DNA of 60,024 nt, from positions 1-60,024 of the forward strand of contig JAVEBF010000009.1 of NCBI GenBank assembly GCA_051941275.1, written 5' to 3'. The stretch comes from Dirinaria sp. TL-2023a. Its lineage: Eukaryota. Position numbers and translations under genes: made by a program. Below the pieces are notes generated by a model that ran no database searches, was not told where the DNA came from, and saw only the letters and a list, made by a program, of their open reading frames with translations. Shown in pieces: positions 40,669-52,079 of this stretch (positions within the stretch are counted from its first letter, which is position 1; every line of letters begins with the position of its first letter).

Positions 40669-43600
40669 TCAAGAGAGCTGTGTAAGTCTTTTGAGGAGTT
40701 GCCGAAGATCGTTCTGTTGTCCATCAGTACAACCAGCTGGATCAAGGTTGCGGAAGTCTTGAGCAAGGAAGTCTCGGGCCGCTTTTTCCTGGCACTACAT
40801 CAGCCCAGCGTTCTGCTAAGCTTGCTACGATTGTCTCTCACAGCGATTTTGAGCTCCAACTCTTCTTTTTCCGAAAGCACCGCGCATTCAGCCACAAGAT
40901 CTTCTCCTTTCGCACTTAATATGACAAGCTCGTCCGCGCGATCAATAATCGCTTGATCTACCCCATTTACCAAAGCGCACCTTTTAAGGAAAGTGGTCAG
41001 AAATGCGCAGCGCCCGCTGATTTACACTTACAAGCTTCCATGACTGCTGCAGCTCCTGCCGACTTGGAAGCTTCTCCCTGTCAGTCATATGCCAGCACTG
41101 CAGCGGGCTCTTACTTGTAAAGATAAGTGAACTGATCCTCGATCTCCGCTGCCTTCCCGTCTGCTCGTACTTCCATGTGCCCAAACTGAAGGGTTGACCT
41201 GGGGAGAAGAAAGCCGCTCTCGAATATTTCGTGGAAATGTGTCGCACCGAGTACCTTCGGCCTCTCATCTCCTAGGTTGAGGAAGTGCTCAAAGACAGCG
41301 CAAGCTAAACCTGCGCCATCTGCTAACCTCTCAGAACTGAAAGCACCGCTCTCTGCATTCACGGATCCTACCATTTGAATCGGTGCCCTTGCCAAACTCA
41401 TCGATGATGACAAGGCTCCTCCTCGTCGCCAATGTCATAGCTAAGGTAACTTGCTGAAGGTCGATCATGAATGCACTTTGCGTTCTTGACACGGTTTCAC
41501 GTGTACCAATACGCGTCAGGATTTTGTCCGTAAGACCAATAGTCGCAGCATCAGCCGGGACAAAGCAGCCGACATGAGCCATGTACACAATGATGGCTAC
41601 TTGCTTTAGGTATATACTCTTTCCTGAATAGTTCGGTCCTGTGAGTATGAGCGTGCTAGGATGAACCAGGGCATCCGAAGCGGGTGTCACTCTTGAAACG
41701 TATAGCTCAGAGCTGTCGTATTCAAAATCACGGGAGGCTGCCACGTGACCATCATGAGCTCCCTCAAGCAACGTGTCGTTGGCCACATAAGATGGCACAG
41801 TGAGCTCTTGCAATGGATGTCTACCACGAATCAGCCTTCAATCCCAGTCATGATCACGAGATAGCTTACCGGCCGCCTTTGATGCAAATAACGTTTTGGC
41901 TTGTAAGACGAGGCCTCGATAGCTTATAATCCTTCGCTCCTTGGGCTAAAGCAAGAAGGCTCTTGTGCGTTAGGGCATTTGAATGCTAGTGAATTGTGTA
42001 CTCCTTACCAATCTATTTCTCCGCAAATGTCAGATGCATGTTTAAGCATCTCTTCGTGCTTGAGCACAGACTGGCTCAATTCGTGCACGATCTCAATCTC
42101 TTTATCTGTATATATATCGACGTCAACGAGGAACATGTTCATAAAGCTTTGTGGAGCATCTACCGCAAATAATGGCATACATATCGCCAAGAGTGTCGTC
42201 TAGTTCTTTCATGCGAAAGTCTTTGTAATATACCCTTGTTGCAGTAGAAAAAATCCGATCCCATTGCTGATCTGCCGTATCACCTCCTTCATAGTTGGCC
42301 CTACCTGTCACACCATTGACAGGCATAGAAATAAGGAACCCTATCTGTGGGAAAAATATAACATTAAGGTCAAGACTGTACTGAGCCGGTACTGAGGAAG
42401 CAATCGCCTGCGAGCTCTGGTTAAGAAGATCCTCGATGCCGTCATAGGTCCTTTTCATATCGTCTAATTCAGCATCAACGCCAGGATTCACTACAGTCCG
42501 ATGCATCTCTGCAGAAGATGGAAAATCGACCTTAAACACATAAGTCAACATGCAACGTCCAGACTAGAGTCAGATCACATAGGCGCTTACAATGTGGCTA
42601 ATGTTAGCTCCAATGTTGGCAAGTTGGCGGTTGGTGAAATTTTCCAAGACCTGCACCGTCAATCTGATATACAACATGTCTCGACGCCAGTTAGTACTCA
42701 CTTTAGCTTTAATGGCTAGTTGCTCTGCACCTACGACCTCAGTCATGGCTTCGCGTATCTGCATTGCGTGGAATGCAAACTGTCGCAAACATTATGAGGG
42801 AGCCGGCGTTGTGACTGGATACATTTCCTTACCGAACGAAGCGTAGCCCAGATGCCATTCTTGATTCCGCCGCTGGTTCCTTTCGAGAGGCTGCTCATGA
42901 CAACTCTCATATTCTTGATTTGACCAAGGCTTTTCGTTATATCAGTTAAGGGGTCATGATTGTCGGGCCTGAGAAAGACACTAGCGGTATCCAGCCTGTC
43001 TTTGATCGTGGCATGATCAGTGCTGGGCCGTAGAAAGTATTGACGCAAGAGTTTCTTCCCCTGCGGAGTTCGTGCGAGATGGTGGAAGAGACCGTACACT
43101 GACAGACCCTCTTTCGATGACGACGACGCTGCAGTGGGCCCCTGATTATGGAGATAAGGGTGTGACTCTGTTTGCAATATTTGAAGAGAGGACAGAGTGT
43201 TCGCATTGACGAACCTTTGTAACAACATGAAACGTTATTGTGAGTATTTGATCAGTGGGGACTGTGATCTCACATGGCATCGCGTAGATTGAACGACTCT
43301 ATCATTGAGATTCTGAAAGCAGAATCACCGCTCGAATCAGCAGGGAGGTATTCCACCGCTTTTTTGCGGGCCAAATAGGAGATTACAGCGCAAGCGCAGC
43401 TAACGGACAGGCAGCTTTCCAGGTCTATCCGTCCAGCCAGCCTAAGCAATTTTCCTTGGTGGTCTGTGTAGCCAGCTTCGTGTCGGTCTGCATAGTCGTC
43501 GTAGTTAATCGCACTTCCTGGGGTTACGAATGATGCTTCATCCTTATCGCTTGAGATTTGGATCTGTGCAAGCTTGTTTTTGCCCGCTTCATAGCTGAAT

Positions 43601-44274
43601 TCGGCAGAAGGGCGTATTTCAACGATATACGGTGTGCGAAACCCGATTACTGCAGATATATTCGTGAGCTTTATGTTATTAAGAAGGCCCGAGTCACTAA
43701 CCGCCCCCTTCAACTGGCTCTTGACTGCGAGTACCCGGGTTTAGAAGTGCATCAACGCGTTCGTCTACCCTTGTAGAAAGCAGTATAACTGTAGGCTCGA
43801 TGCGTAGCTTTACTAAAAGGTCGCGATCAATGGCGAGCCCCACCGCCGTATGATTCAAAACTTACAGAGCTCCACTATATCGAGACCCGCTGACTTGATA
43901 TCAGCCATCAAGAAGATCGTCTCCCGAGCGGCAAGGTAGTAGCAACATCCCATTGTTTCCTTGTCTCTCATATCGACAGCCATCACAATTTGATCAACCA
44001 ATTCATTCTCGACCTGCTCTTGACCCTCTACCTCTCGATCACGGGCGTGTTCAATGTCGGGTGTCGCCGAAGAAGTGGATAGAGGAACCTCCATAGTAGA
44101 GCTCTCCTGGACATTATCCGGTGCCGGTACTGCGTTCTTTGGGGCACGGCCTGAAAGCTGATGTATTGGTGAGGAACGAACGAGAGACGACGGGCGACCA
44201 CGTCTTCTTGGATCAATTATAGGCGTGCTATTAGGATGATTCCTGCGACGCTTAGATGGGATCTTAAATGCCAT
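40669..44274 (-). CDS. MSH5: Meiotic MutS homolog 5, multi-exon
   Basis: [75 protein letters not shown]. Confidence 0.93.
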
Positions 44275-45740
44275 AACTGAAAATGGCTACTATATCCAGA
44301 AGAAGGAACAGGGCCCCTTTGGAGGTTAATGTAGGATGGATGATTGAGGCAAACAGGACTTTAAGCGAGCTTGACTTCCACCAAACCTCCACCTAGTACA
44401 ACGGCAAGATTACATTAATGGCTACCCGAAACTCGAATTTCAAAGTTTCGGTTGTCTGAGTCTTGCAACAAGCGGAATGGGAAATGCTTCACGTAGTCCA
44501 TTCAATCGCCTATTATGTATGACCCTTTTCTGGCCATGAGGCCGATAAGAAAAGCAGCGTCCTGAGATCCAATGATCGGCGCATTTTTGCTGATTACGTG
44601 GACCTCAACCCACGCATGAGAGTATGGGCAAAAGAGAGTTATTTTACGACAAGATTTGCGGTTAGGAAGGAGTCTTAACCCAATATGAAGGACTGGAATT
44701 GGACAGTAAAGAAGAATGCTTAGAAGAGCGATCTTCGGCATACATTTCATATGCATTACGAAGCGCACAATGAGTCTGCTGATGCTGGCATCGCTTCATC
44801 CACATCCATCATAGCACCACTTCTACGGGCTTACGAGCATAGTCAACGATGGCTTTCGCGGTTTCTCAGCTATTTGTATGTCCTTCGAAGATACAGTCAG
44901 CGAGTGAATTAGAACAAGCTTTGCGGATCAACCCTTTAGCCATCATACGCATTTTCTCAATTTCCAGCCTTAACTACAGTGACACGGCGATTGTCCGATC
45001 CGGCACACGGTAGGCCTAATTACCATTGGGAAAAAACCCAAAGGGCCATTCGGAAAATAGCCCAAGATGAACGGACTTGTCAACCCTAGCGAGCATATCA
45101 ATAGGGAAAGAGCATGCGTTCATATCATTCATGGCAGGCTACCTACCTCTACTTTTCCGTATCGTCGTCATCTGCTCGATTTAGTCTCACACCGTGCAAG
45201 GTGAAGCGGATCAGAAGCTCTGTGGTGAGGTCAGGTCCTCAAAGCTATATATACATGCTAGAGACTCGACGATAATAGCACAGAGGCGTTCACGTGCGGG
45301 TCCTTGGAATGTAGAAAAGGGTTGGCTTTCCAAGATCGTTCTATGAGCCAATGACTTATGTGTGCTTTTGACCTTTAGCTTTCCTTATCGAAAAAACACC
45401 AGTCCCTTATTCATATGAAGAAGCAGCCTTTGCAAGAGAAGTATCTAGTCTTGATCACATACCCAGTGATGCACGCAACCTTAAGACTCAAAGCCCTTGT
45501 CCCATAGAGCGACGGGGCCAAATTGCCAAGGCTCGAACAACGAATAAGCTTTGCGCCGGGCCGGTGTTCCTTCGCTTATTAGATCCCTCGGACAGAGTAA
45601 ATGTTTCAGCGCTGCTCTTGTCAAAAAAGAACTTTCGATGCTTCACTCGTAATCATTCGCTACGCTCTACAGCTTCTCTTGTTTTTCCAGGATCGTCCTC
45701 ACTAGATTATACATCCCTAATTCTATTACCTGCTGCCAAT

Positions 45741-46742
45741 ATGGGTTTCGGCGATCTCGTCAGTGATGCTGGCCTGACTATGCTTAACAATTGGGTCACC
45801 ACACGTTCTTATATCGCAGGGTAAGCCCAATGCTTAATCGTCAGATTTTCACGGACCGAAAGTGTTTAATCTGATGTTACTATCGTTGGTCCGTGTTGAT
45901 GAAGCGGCTTAAGACACCGCTGCATGATTATGCCCAACGGTGCTTCGAGCACACTTCTGAAAAACACCCCACCACACATGACCCATGTGCATTCGCTCGC
46001 GCCCTCTATCCTGTTTTAGCTAACAATGTCGAAAGTTTTGGCCCCTCTCAGGCAGACGTAGCTTCGTACAAGGCTCTTAAAGGCCAGCCCGATCCAGCAA
46101 ATTATCCGCACGCCTTCCGCTGGTACCGCCACATCACCTCGTACAGCCTGGAATTTTCTTCTCTCCCAGGAGATCCATCCAAAGCTTACTCAGCGTATGG
46201 GCCAGAACAGAGTGAGGTGTCTATCAACGCCAAGGACGGACCCAAAACTGCAGACGATGATGAAGAAGACTTGTTCGCGAGCGATGACGAGTCAGAGGAT
46301 GAGGAAGCGAAGCAGAAGAAAGAGGCGAACCTCGCCGCCTACAGAAAGAAAAAGGAAGGCAAAGAGAAGCCCGCCGCGAAGAGTTTAGTAACGATGGACG
46401 TAAAGCCATGGGGTGCGTGGGTTGATGCGCATTAAAAAGCGAGACTGACAAGGTGCCTAGACGATGAGACTGACATGAAGGAGCTTGAAAGCACAATGCG
46501 CAGCATTGAGATGGAGGGCCTTGTGTGGGGCGCTTCGAAACTCGTTCCTCTTGCATTCGGAATCAAGAAGCTGCAGGTGAACCTCGTGGTGGAGGATGAG
46601 AAAGTCTCCATCGACGAGCTCCAGGCGAAGATTGAGGAAGACGAGGACCATGTTCAATCTACTGATGTAGTAAGTCCGCTGATTGTTTGTGATTGCCCGA
46701 AGAGTTGGCTAATTCGGGCAGGCTGCAATGCAGAAATTGTAG
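45741..46742 (+). CDS. EFB1: Translation elongation factor 1-beta, 4 exons
   Basis: MGFGDL..RSYIAG / [23 protein letters not shown] / [36 protein letters not shown] / AAMQKL*. Confidence 0.96.
45862..45967 (+). ncRNA. SNR18: Box C/D snoRNA snR18/U18 in EFB1 intron 1
   Basis: Terminal stem GTGTTT/AAACAC; variant box C CTGATGT (45871); guide TTGGTCCGTGTT complementary to LSU rRNA AACACGGACCAA; D' ATGA (45899); C' ATGATT; box D CTGA (45957-45960). Yeast snR18 is known to lie in the EFB1 intron. Confidence 0.9.
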
Positions 46743-49700
46743 AAATAGAATCAGGGCGGAATAGCCACTAGCAGCCATGCATGCTATCTAATTGCGAGCG
46801 CTTCCAAAGACTACAAAGTGCACGGTAAACAGATATGTGAACTATCATGAGAATGTTCACTGAATCAAGCTCGACAAGGTCAACCGCCGTTGTGCTCATT
46901 CTACCGTGATCCTGATACTAATACTACTGTGGTGCCTCATCACCCCTCGCCACAACACTAAGCATGCACTCCAAGCAGGGTTCATAAGACTATGTCATGT
47001 TGCCTTGTTAATAAGCTACATCAGCATTTGGCGATGGTTGCATATTGCTCAATGTCCCCTACCCCCAAGACCTAGATGATTGAGGTGCTATTTGGACTAT
47101 GACCCGGGTTGTACCGGGTCCCATGATTGTCGCTCTAGCTATCACCGAAATGTAGGAGGTAAGTCCGCCATTAAGTTTGAAAGAGCGCATTCATGATATA
47201 CGTTTCGTATGAGCAACCAGAATGTGTTTATGAGGGTACAAATCCTTGATTTTCCACAATTGGAAATTGCGCAATTGGTCTCCCTTGACTTTACCAGCTA
47301 GAGCAAGCTTTCATAAGGTACTTAGCGTTGCTAGCTGTGCCGGACATTGATATCGCGTTTTTCCTATTAAAGGCGGCGCTACTGTGTCAGACTACAGTAG
47401 GCGGAAATGCTTACATGGTGCTGGTCAAGAAATAGTAATAGAATTGGTGGTGAGACTGTGCCATTCTGCCGGATACAACTCGGCTTCACAAGTTAAGCGG
47501 CAGCCACTGGCTACCAGAAAGATTTCAAGAATGTCCAAGATCTAATGGTAGTCCGACGTAATTCATGGTAGTCGATAAAAGTAAAGTAGCAAAGATTAGA
47601 ATGCCACGTGCAAAAATCGGACCAATGCATCCCAAGTTCCCAACGTCGATACTGTCATACCTTAATTCGAACCGTTAGTGCGCTGTGGACTACCTAAGGT
47701 AAGGTATGCTGAGTAACGCAATCCACGATGGGAGAGTCCAGGCTCAACCTAGCTAGGGGCATTTGCATTCTCTTTCTCGGCCAGCTCAATCATGGTGGCC
47801 GTACCATTGTCAAGTGGCGGGAAGACAGAATAATGCTCTTTGGAAATTTCAGGTGGACGTATACCCGACACTGCAATAGAGCAGTCTTCTTTCGTAAAAG
47901 CGCAGACGCGACCAAATGTTGATTGTTTTCAATCAAGGACAAATATCATTTTTCAGAATCTCAGAAAAAGCCCAGCCTCACTCCACAACTTAATCAAAAT
48001 CAAGTCTTGAAGGCGACTGTAGGCAGTATCTACCGCCATCTGTAAAAGACCTTGAAGAAAGATAGTCAGAAAACATATCTCAGTATTTGTCGATACTTTA
48101 TTCAGCCTTGCAAATTGAGATTTGCGCCCCTAGGAGCGGGGGGCACCGGTACCGGAGACCACGGATGATTTTGCCTAGAGTAGCTCCAGACGCAGGCAAA
48201 GGCTACGGGTTAGCTTTGGCCTTTGGATATCACAAATCCGAAAGATATCCCGGGAATGACGACAGACTGACTACTGCCCGTTGTCTAGTCATCCCCATTG
48301 AGGAAGCGCTCACCGGCGTCGGCAAATCTGCGACCTTACACTGCGCTCAGCTAAAAAGAAAAGAAATGACAAAAACCTCCACTGAAAGCTGGTTCAACGG
48401 GATAAAGCGGTAAGTGGTAAAAGGAAATACCAAGGTACGTGGAGGCTGGGGTCAGGTTTCCTTAGATGGCGGAGCGACTACTGCATGGGGAATAGGTTGG
48501 TCAAGGCTGCAGATTACGCAGTCCAGCTTGGCTTGTATCAATACGGCTGGGGGAAAGAGGGAGAAGCGATTGGAGGAAGAGGCGAATAAACAGCATTATT
48601 ATCAAGATTCGAGGGTAAGGTACCAAACAGCCAGTCGAAAAATAGAGTGCTTGTGTCAGCACTCAGCAGCAAGCGAACGGGCTCTAAAATCGACTATTCG
48701 GGGCGCCAGGGGTCCCCAGCATGACCGTTTACCGCTCCGGGTAAAGCACGGCCTACCGGAGCCTTGTCACAGGAGGATGAATCAACTTACCTACCTTACC
48801 TCCGTACATGATTAGTCCAAACCATACCGAACACTCGTACTCGTACCTTACGACCCCGAGCAGCTCCAAACAGGTTGGGTTCGTTCCACACTGCTGGAAA
48901 GCAGCGGTGACTTTTGTCAGCAGCTGCGTGCAATCGAAAGTTCTATGAGCCTTCCACGAGACCGCCACATGTTTTTCTGCCCACGCGCCAAGCGCGCATT
49001 GGTAGGCATCAGTCCAAACACCCGGTAAGGTAGGTCGTGTGTTCCGTCTATCTTGCTGAAGAGGTTGGATTCTTCAGGCGTTCCTCGCGAATTGCACTGC
49101 CGGTTGATTAGAGATCATCTGTGCCTTACACTTTTCAGCCGCACCGCGAAAACGTCATTCATCCATTCGACCTAGGCCCTGAAAGTTGAAACAAGCTGCC
49201 GAGGAAGCCGTACACGCAATTGTGACCCTTAAAAAGTCGGTGCATTTTAGAAAGACATGATTAAATGGCGTAAAGACCTCCACCGGTCGTTTCGTGCACC
49301 GATGAACGCCCGAGCGAGCACTGAAAACCCCATGATCGGCCGAAACTGTTCTCTGACTCTTCAAGCTTGATGGCACTTGATGGCGTAAGCCACTGGGAAT
49401 ACCCGTTTGAAGCTTTTCGCAGCGTTCACCGCGATAACGATCGGTAGGCTGGATTCATGTGTTCGTTGGTTATTATTCTTCTGACCGCCATTCCATGGGG
49501 TTAAGGATGCACTGCCTCGATAGGCCTTGGCTTGATCCCCCTGGTCATGCACCCTACCTTATCTCCGACTTACTTAGAATATGTGCGTTTGCACGACCCA
49601 ACTGGTGCAGTGAAAGCTGATAATAGACTCTATCAAGGACATTTAATATGTATTTTGCTCTTGAACCTAGGCGAATCCAATCGGTGGTGTGCGCTTTCGC

Positions 49701-50497
49701 TACCTTTCCATATGCGGTATATAGAGCGAAAAATGCCCTGCAGCTTGCTGCGCCATTGAGCGCGATGCCATGGGGCATGGATGGCGGATAGGGCTGGCTA
49801 ATGTGGAGTACTTTCACTTCATGCTAGCGGTTCTGCAAGAAGCTCTATTATGGTCATTTTGGGGGTCAAAATGCTACTAATAGCACCAGAAACGGGAGAA
49901 CTAGGTAAGTATCGGTGCCACCTACATTTTTGCTAAAGTCGGCAGCATCAGACGTTACGCAGTTAGCCTTTAAGGCTACCCAGATAATTGATTGGACACT
50001 AAGATCCTCCAAAAAGCAACTGCACCCAGCATCCTACTCTAACGCTACAACCGTACCACATGCGCGAAGCAACCCTCCCAATTTTGGACACAGATGCCGT
50101 CGAATCGTCCGTCGGTAGCCCTGGTTTACCAAGCCCTGGACCCCACCGTAACGAAACGGTGGGCGGAACGGTGTGAACTGACACCCTGTAGCTCGCATGG
50201 GATGCATGCAATGTTGCGAACCCTTGATCCCATGTGTTCGACAGGGTTGTTTAGTCACGACCCCGAATGTAGGTCAAGCTGCGCAATATACGAGTCCCGT
50301 GCTTCGTGAAGTACGGCTCCTCCGGAATACTTCGATCATGTATTAAAGTGCTCCACCGCCCCGAGGCTCGGGGCTCTGGTCTCAGGAGTTGAATCCTGTT
50401 TCTCGCGCTTCTCCTCTCTCCCTGTGCAGACTCGTCTTCAATCAATATCGTGCCCCTTCCCAACTCCCATACAGCTGGGCGTCTCTCATTCACCATA

Positions 50498-51589
50498 ATG
50501 CAGCGCCATAACAGTAATTCGAATGCCCAGCCGGGACATTCGACTCCTCATTCAAAATACCCTTCCACTCAAAGCACGAGTAGTGCTTTCAGTGCCAGTG
50601 CAAATCCAAATGAAGATTGGACCAAGGTATCAGACTTGGCAGAAAGGCGTCGTATACAGAACCGAATTGCTCAGCGCAACTATCGTACGTCGTGAGATTC
50701 CACATGTTTGGCATGAGCAGAGTTGCACGTAAACTTAAGCATCAAACTAACAATATCCAAAGGCAAAAAGATAAAAAGACGCTTGGAAGATCTCGAGCGC
50801 AGGGCTGGATCATCCTCGGCATCTCCCGAGCAATTACCCGCAGAGCTAGTACGACCGAGTCAACCTCGCCAAAATAGTGACGATAGCATCAAGAGAAGGA
50901 AATCGAAAGGCGGGCAGCATAGATCGACTCGAAAGGATTCCCCCCCCCACCCATCGCTGCAATATTCGACTTTAGAAGGCGATCAACCACCCGCATTTTC
51001 CTATCCATATTCCAGGGATATATCCAGCTCCCCTCCGCCATCTTTCTCCTACACGTACTCGCCCACAGATATTGTTCAACACCCACCCCATTCAACTCCG
51101 CCGTTTCACAGTCTGCCCGCTCCTGTCTCAGATTATCATGGACATCCCCTTTGCTTGCCCCCCTTACCCGCGACCTTACCAAGTATGTCACCGTATGAGT
51201 TCGGCACAGCCAAGGAAGGAGCCTGGTTCGATGATGAAGACATGCTTAGCCATTACAACATGACCTATCCACCTTTGGCGGGTATTGATATGGCCAATGC
51301 TCATGTAAGTCACCCAATTTCTTGCAAAGCTTTCCACAAGACACCCAAACCGAAGCAGGAATGGATAAATTCGCTCTATTTTATGTTCTTACTTACGGCT
51401 TCGGCGCTGATATTACCCCTTTCCTCTTTTCCTCAGTTTTGAGAACATTGTGACTTACAAGGTACTTTATAGACACCACCATTATCTCATTCTCATTCAT
51501 TTGAGTGCTCAAGAGGCGGTTCTCCTTCAACAATGTTTCCTGGAACACCAGTATCCATACCCGATTCACCTCGTCTAGTAATCCGATGA
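50498..51589 (+). CDS. bZIP transcription factor (probably ADA-1-like), 3 exons
   Basis: SASANPNEDWTKVSDLAERRRIQNRIAQRNYR / KKIKRRLEDLERRA; probable last exon 51473-51589 TPPLSHSHSF..PGTPVSIPDSPRLVIR*. Confidence 0.88.
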
Positions 51590-52079
51590 GGATTTGAAAC
51601 TTACCGTTTGGCCGGTGGCTGGGACGGAGTTGACGGGGGGCACGGACGCCTAATTCATTTTTGCTAGGCTCTGGGGAGCCTGATGTTTTGTCTTAGCTTG
51701 TAAAAAGTCATTTAAGGATCAGGATGAGTGCTGATTAGAATGCATGGTAGCTGTGGGTTTGGTGGGAATTAAAGTAGACATCGCAAGATAGAACCGACAC
51801 CTAGGTACGAACCGACTTGTGCGCTTCTACATCCTTCCAAACCTGCCTTCACCCGCTGGCTACGAAACTGGCGTGTGGCTAGGAAGCAAATATGACAGTC
51901 GTGTGGCTTGTGTGGCTTGTGGGTTCGATGGTAGCCTTTAATACAGGACCTTATTAATGTTAACCATAAATCAAGGACCATTGATAAAATCTCGATTTTA
52001 GCGAAGAGCATGTCTAGAAGGTGTATATTCCTTGATAACAACTTCGAGACTAAAGAGATGATCATTGCCTTCAGTCGCG

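Noticed and set aside
40211..40762. 183-codon plus-strand ORF between the MFS gene and MSH5
   Set aside because: Non-ATG start, overlaps the MSH5 last exon antisense, no motif.
48087..50500. Many short ORFs upstream of the bZIP gene
   Set aside because: Overlapping, no domains or coding-like composition; treated as regulatory intergenic DNA.
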